Sequence record: NC_031103.1
Source: Escherichia phage vB_EcoM-UFV13
Length of the DNA stretch: 64,000 nt
Direction: 5' to 3' (one strand)
The translations under genes were made by a program, and so were the position numbers. Shown piece after piece: positions 61,705-64,000 of this stretch; positions within the stretch are counted from its first letter, which is position 1, and each line of letters begins with the position of its first letter. Under the pieces are notes generated by a model. That model worked only from the letters and a program-made list of their open reading frames with translations, was not told the DNA's origin and searched no databases.

Positions 61705-61920
61705 AACTTTTTAAAAATATTCGTAATAAATGTGAATACCAACTACTACCGCTGAAACCTGTGCAACCCACCACGCACAAGCAATAAGTACAGAATTAAA
61801 AATTTTCATAATAACCTCATCACAAAAGTAAATGTTAAACAAATTACTGGAATACTAATTAACCAAACAAAACACCACCATAATGAACTCATAGTTCAAT
61901 CTCAACGATTTTCATTTTAC

Positions 61921-62127
61921 TCAATAATCCGCTAAAAGATCAACGATTGCATCACGAAGACACTTATTCGCAATACGTTTAAGAGCAATTTCAGTTTCTG
62001 GAGCATTTTGAATAATCATTGAATTCAATTCAGCCTCAGCAAACTGAAGTTCTTTAACTAATTCAGCTTTATATTTTCCTTGCCCTTTCTTAGCTTTTGC
62101 TCGTTTTAGTTCAGCTGTAGTAAACAT
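61921..62127 (-). CDS. hypothetical protein (trimmed start)
   Basis: 68 aa from ATG at 62127 with GGAGAA Shine-Dalgarno; the ORF-track N-terminus covers a promoter-like element. Confidence 0.55.
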   Translation of the reverse strand: MFTTAELKRAKAKKGQGKYKAELVKELQFAEAELNSMIIQNAPETEIALKRIANKCLRDAIVDLLADY

Positions 62128-62149
62128 TTCATTCTCCAAATCCGTATCA

Positions 62150-62191
62150 GTTGATAGTTGTATAGTACCACGGTCCTTGTGGTATGTAAAC
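62150..62191 (-). promoter_or_regulatory. early promoter-like sequence
   Basis: Minus strand GTTTAC, spacer, GGTACTATAC, shared downstream block. Confidence 0.5.
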
Positions 62192-62207
62192 CGTTTTGTG
62201 AAAATTT

Positions 62208-62765
62208 TTAAATGGAAAGATACCATCCATTGTAGTTGCTTTTTCTTACAACCTTACGAAGGTCTTCTCTATCACCGATGAACTTCGGAGTGTACTGGAT
62301 GACACCTGGATGAATTTCTTTAGTGTTGAATATAATTATACAGTCAGCGACTTGATGATTTAGAATGGGCCCTAGATTTATTCCAGAACCATATGGATAC
62401 TCTCCGCTGCATCCCGTTGTTACCGAAATCCAACGCGAGTCAGTTTGATGTGTCTTAACTTCTACACGGAGCCCACAATATTTTGGATGTGCCAAAACAT
62501 CCCATGCATATGTGTACGGATCATCGACATCTTCTTGGCCTTTATTGACATATCCGCTTAGCCAATCTGCCACAAAAAACTCTGCGTACACAGCGATACG
62601 GCATCTTTCGATAACTTCTGCCTTATCCTGATTTGGATTTTGTTTTAAAGAGTATCTTGCAGTATCAGCAATTTTGGCCTTCATTTCACTAGTCAAGTCA
62701 CTGTTAGATAGGGTAAATGACGGAATCTGAAATAGTCTCTGCAAACCCGGATTCGTTTTCTGCAT
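62208..62765 (-). CDS. denB: endonuclease IV
   Basis: 185 aa, T4 DenB length and position between ndd region and rIIB. Confidence 0.8.
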   Translation of the reverse strand: MQKTNPGLQRLFQIPSFTLSNSDLTSEMKAKIADTARYSLKQNPNQDKAEVIERCRIAVYAEFFVADWLSGYVNKGQEDVDDPYTYAWDVLAHPKYCGLRVEVKTHQTDSRWISVTTGCSGEYPYGSGINLGPILNHQVADCIIIFNTKEIHPGVIQYTPKFIGDREDLRKVVRKSNYNGWYLSI

Positions 62766-62810
62766 TTAAACTTTCCTTTATGTCGGAATCATAATTTCTC
62801 TTAAAACAAA

Positions 62811-62826
62811 AGGGCCGAAGCCCTTA
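62811..62826 (-). terminator. UUCG hairpin with downstream U-run
   Basis: Minus strand AAGGGC-UUCG-GCCCUU followed by TTGTTTT. Confidence 0.55.
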
Positions 62827-62827
62827 T

Positions 62828-63022
62828 TTATTTGAATTGCGCAATTCTTTTCTCTAGACATTCGGCATAAGATTTCATTGAGATGAACTGTGAAAGCAGC
62901 AGTTCTTGCTCAACTTCATTAACCGTTAGAAACTTTGTGCTTTCTAAAAATTTGCTCAGTGCATTAATTTTAAGCATTAATTGATCGTATTCTTCTTTTA
63001 CTCGTGCTTGATAACCTAACAT
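62828..63022 (-). CDS. hypothetical protein, denB.1 position
   Basis: 64 aa ORF flanked by near-identical UUCG hairpins. Confidence 0.6.
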   Translation of the reverse strand: MLGYQARVKEEYDQLMLKINALSKFLESTKFLTVNEVEQELLLSQFISMKSYAECLEKRIAQFK

Positions 63023-63036
63023 AATTTTCCTTAGTT

Positions 63037-63052
63037 AAGGGCCGAAGCCCTT
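63037..63052 (-). other. UUCG hairpin overlapping the rIIB stop, preceding the next Shine-Dalgarno
   Basis: Identical AAGGGC-UUCG-GCCCUU to the hairpin at 62811..62826. Confidence 0.55.
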
Positions 63053-63989
63053 ATTTAAATTGCTCAGTAACGTCTTCAACTACTTCGTATTGGCAGGTAC
63101 GCATTTTAGCATCGTTGTAATCAATCGGAATTGATACTACATCACGAGGATGCACTTTAACTTTTACAACTCGGCTGGTTGAACTGCCAAAGTGACGAAT
63201 ATAAGATTTAGAACACACATGCAGACCACGAGAACAAGTTTGTGTATCATCGTCGTTCACACGAGTACGTGGCATTTTAACTACTTTACCAGGACTGTTA
63301 TCAAAGGTATTTGAGTGACAGTCAAAGTAATTACTACGAACTACTTTCCAAGCATAGAAGTAACCATCTTCTGTAATTTCAATATCATTTGCTACCAAGA
63401 AATCAAAGAGTCGAGATACCGCTTTTTGGCTTGGGTTTTCCAACAGATTTTCCAAGAACGGAAAATAAAATTCAAAGTTTTCGCCTTTTTCCATCGAATC
63501 AAGAATACGATCAACCAAACCAGACCGCAATTCAATATTTTGATAGAACAAGCTTCCACCTTCAATTCGAACATCGCCGGAAATATATTTTTCAACAGCA
63601 CGGCGAACATTAATTTTTTGTGCCGCTTCTTCCAACTTGTCCGCTACAAGCAGATTAAGAATTTCCTGGAAGTTTGAATGAGTATTAGGTGTTGCATTAT
63701 AAGTTACACCATCAACAGTAATCGAAATGAATTTTTTAGATGCATTCCAAATAATGTCAGATTTAGCAACTGGAGCAATAACTGCATCGCTATTAACTTT
63801 AACTGTAATATCACCGCTAATAGTAACTTTAGAGCGTTTAGCTTCTTCAGCATTTTTCAAAACACGACGGATTGTGTCAACCGATACATCCTTCCAATAA
63901 GCCAATTCCTGCTGGGTGTAATTACCACTTGAATACAATTTAACAATTTCAGCTTGTTCGTTTTTGGTCAGGCATTTAATATTGTACAT
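63051..63989 (-). CDS. rIIB: rIIB protein
   Basis: 312 aa, recognised rIIB sequence (MYNIKCLTKNEQAEIVKLYSSGNYTQQELA...). Confidence 0.95.
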   Translation of the reverse strand: MYNIKCLTKNEQAEIVKLYSSGNYTQQELAYWKDVSVDTIRRVLKNAEEAKRSKVTISGDITVKVNSDAVIAPVAKSDIIWNASKKFISITVDGVTYNATPNTHSNFQEILNLLVADKLEEAAQKINVRRAVEKYISGDVRIEGGSLFYQNIELRSGLVDRILDSMEKGENFEFYFPFLENLLENPSQKAVSRLFDFLVANDIEITEDGYFYAWKVVRSNYFDCHSNTFDNSPGKVVKMPRTRVNDDDTQTCSRGLHVCSKSYIRHFGSSTSRVVKVKVHPRDVVSIPIDYNDAKMRTCQYEVVEDVTEQFK

Positions 63990-64000
63990 AATTTTCCTTA

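Noticed and set aside
61533-61742. 69-aa version of the small membrane ORF
   Set aside because: The N-terminal 32 codons read through an early promoter-like sequence and GGAGG Shine-Dalgarno; trimmed to the 37-codon ORF starting at 61646. The same reasoning trimmed the ORF starting at 62226 to 62127.

Overview
This window is a contiguous segment of a T-even (T4-like, Tequatrovirus-type) Escherichia phage genome, with gene content and order matching T4 from gene 22 to rIIB. Plus-strand late operons encode the head (22 partial, 23, 24), baseplate (51, 27, 28, 29, 48, 54), uvsW and the long tail fibre (34, 35, 36, 37, 38) followed by holin t. Minus-strand blocks encode mostly early and middle genes (rnlB, alt, 30 ligase, rIII, 31, cd, pseT, alc, rnlA, denA, nrdB, nrdA, td, frd, 32, 59, 33, dsbA, rnh, asiA, arn, motA, 52, ac, stp, ndd, denB, rIIB) plus hoc, inh, uvsY, 25 and 26. 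Gene calls rest on recalled T4 protein sequences, lengths and synteny; no database search was run. Differences from T4 as I remember it: the distal tail fibre is T2-type (long gp37 with a C-terminal chaperone-like domain and a glycine-rich gp38 adhesin), td and nrdB are uninterrupted, the homing-endonuclease slots are empty, there are two tandem Alt-family ADP-ribosyltransferase genes, and an extra ORF lies between frd and td. I found no tRNA genes, CRISPR array, integrase or clearly new multi-gene system; the most interesting candidates are the tandem Alt pair with a nearby NADAR-like ORF, and the frd-td insert.
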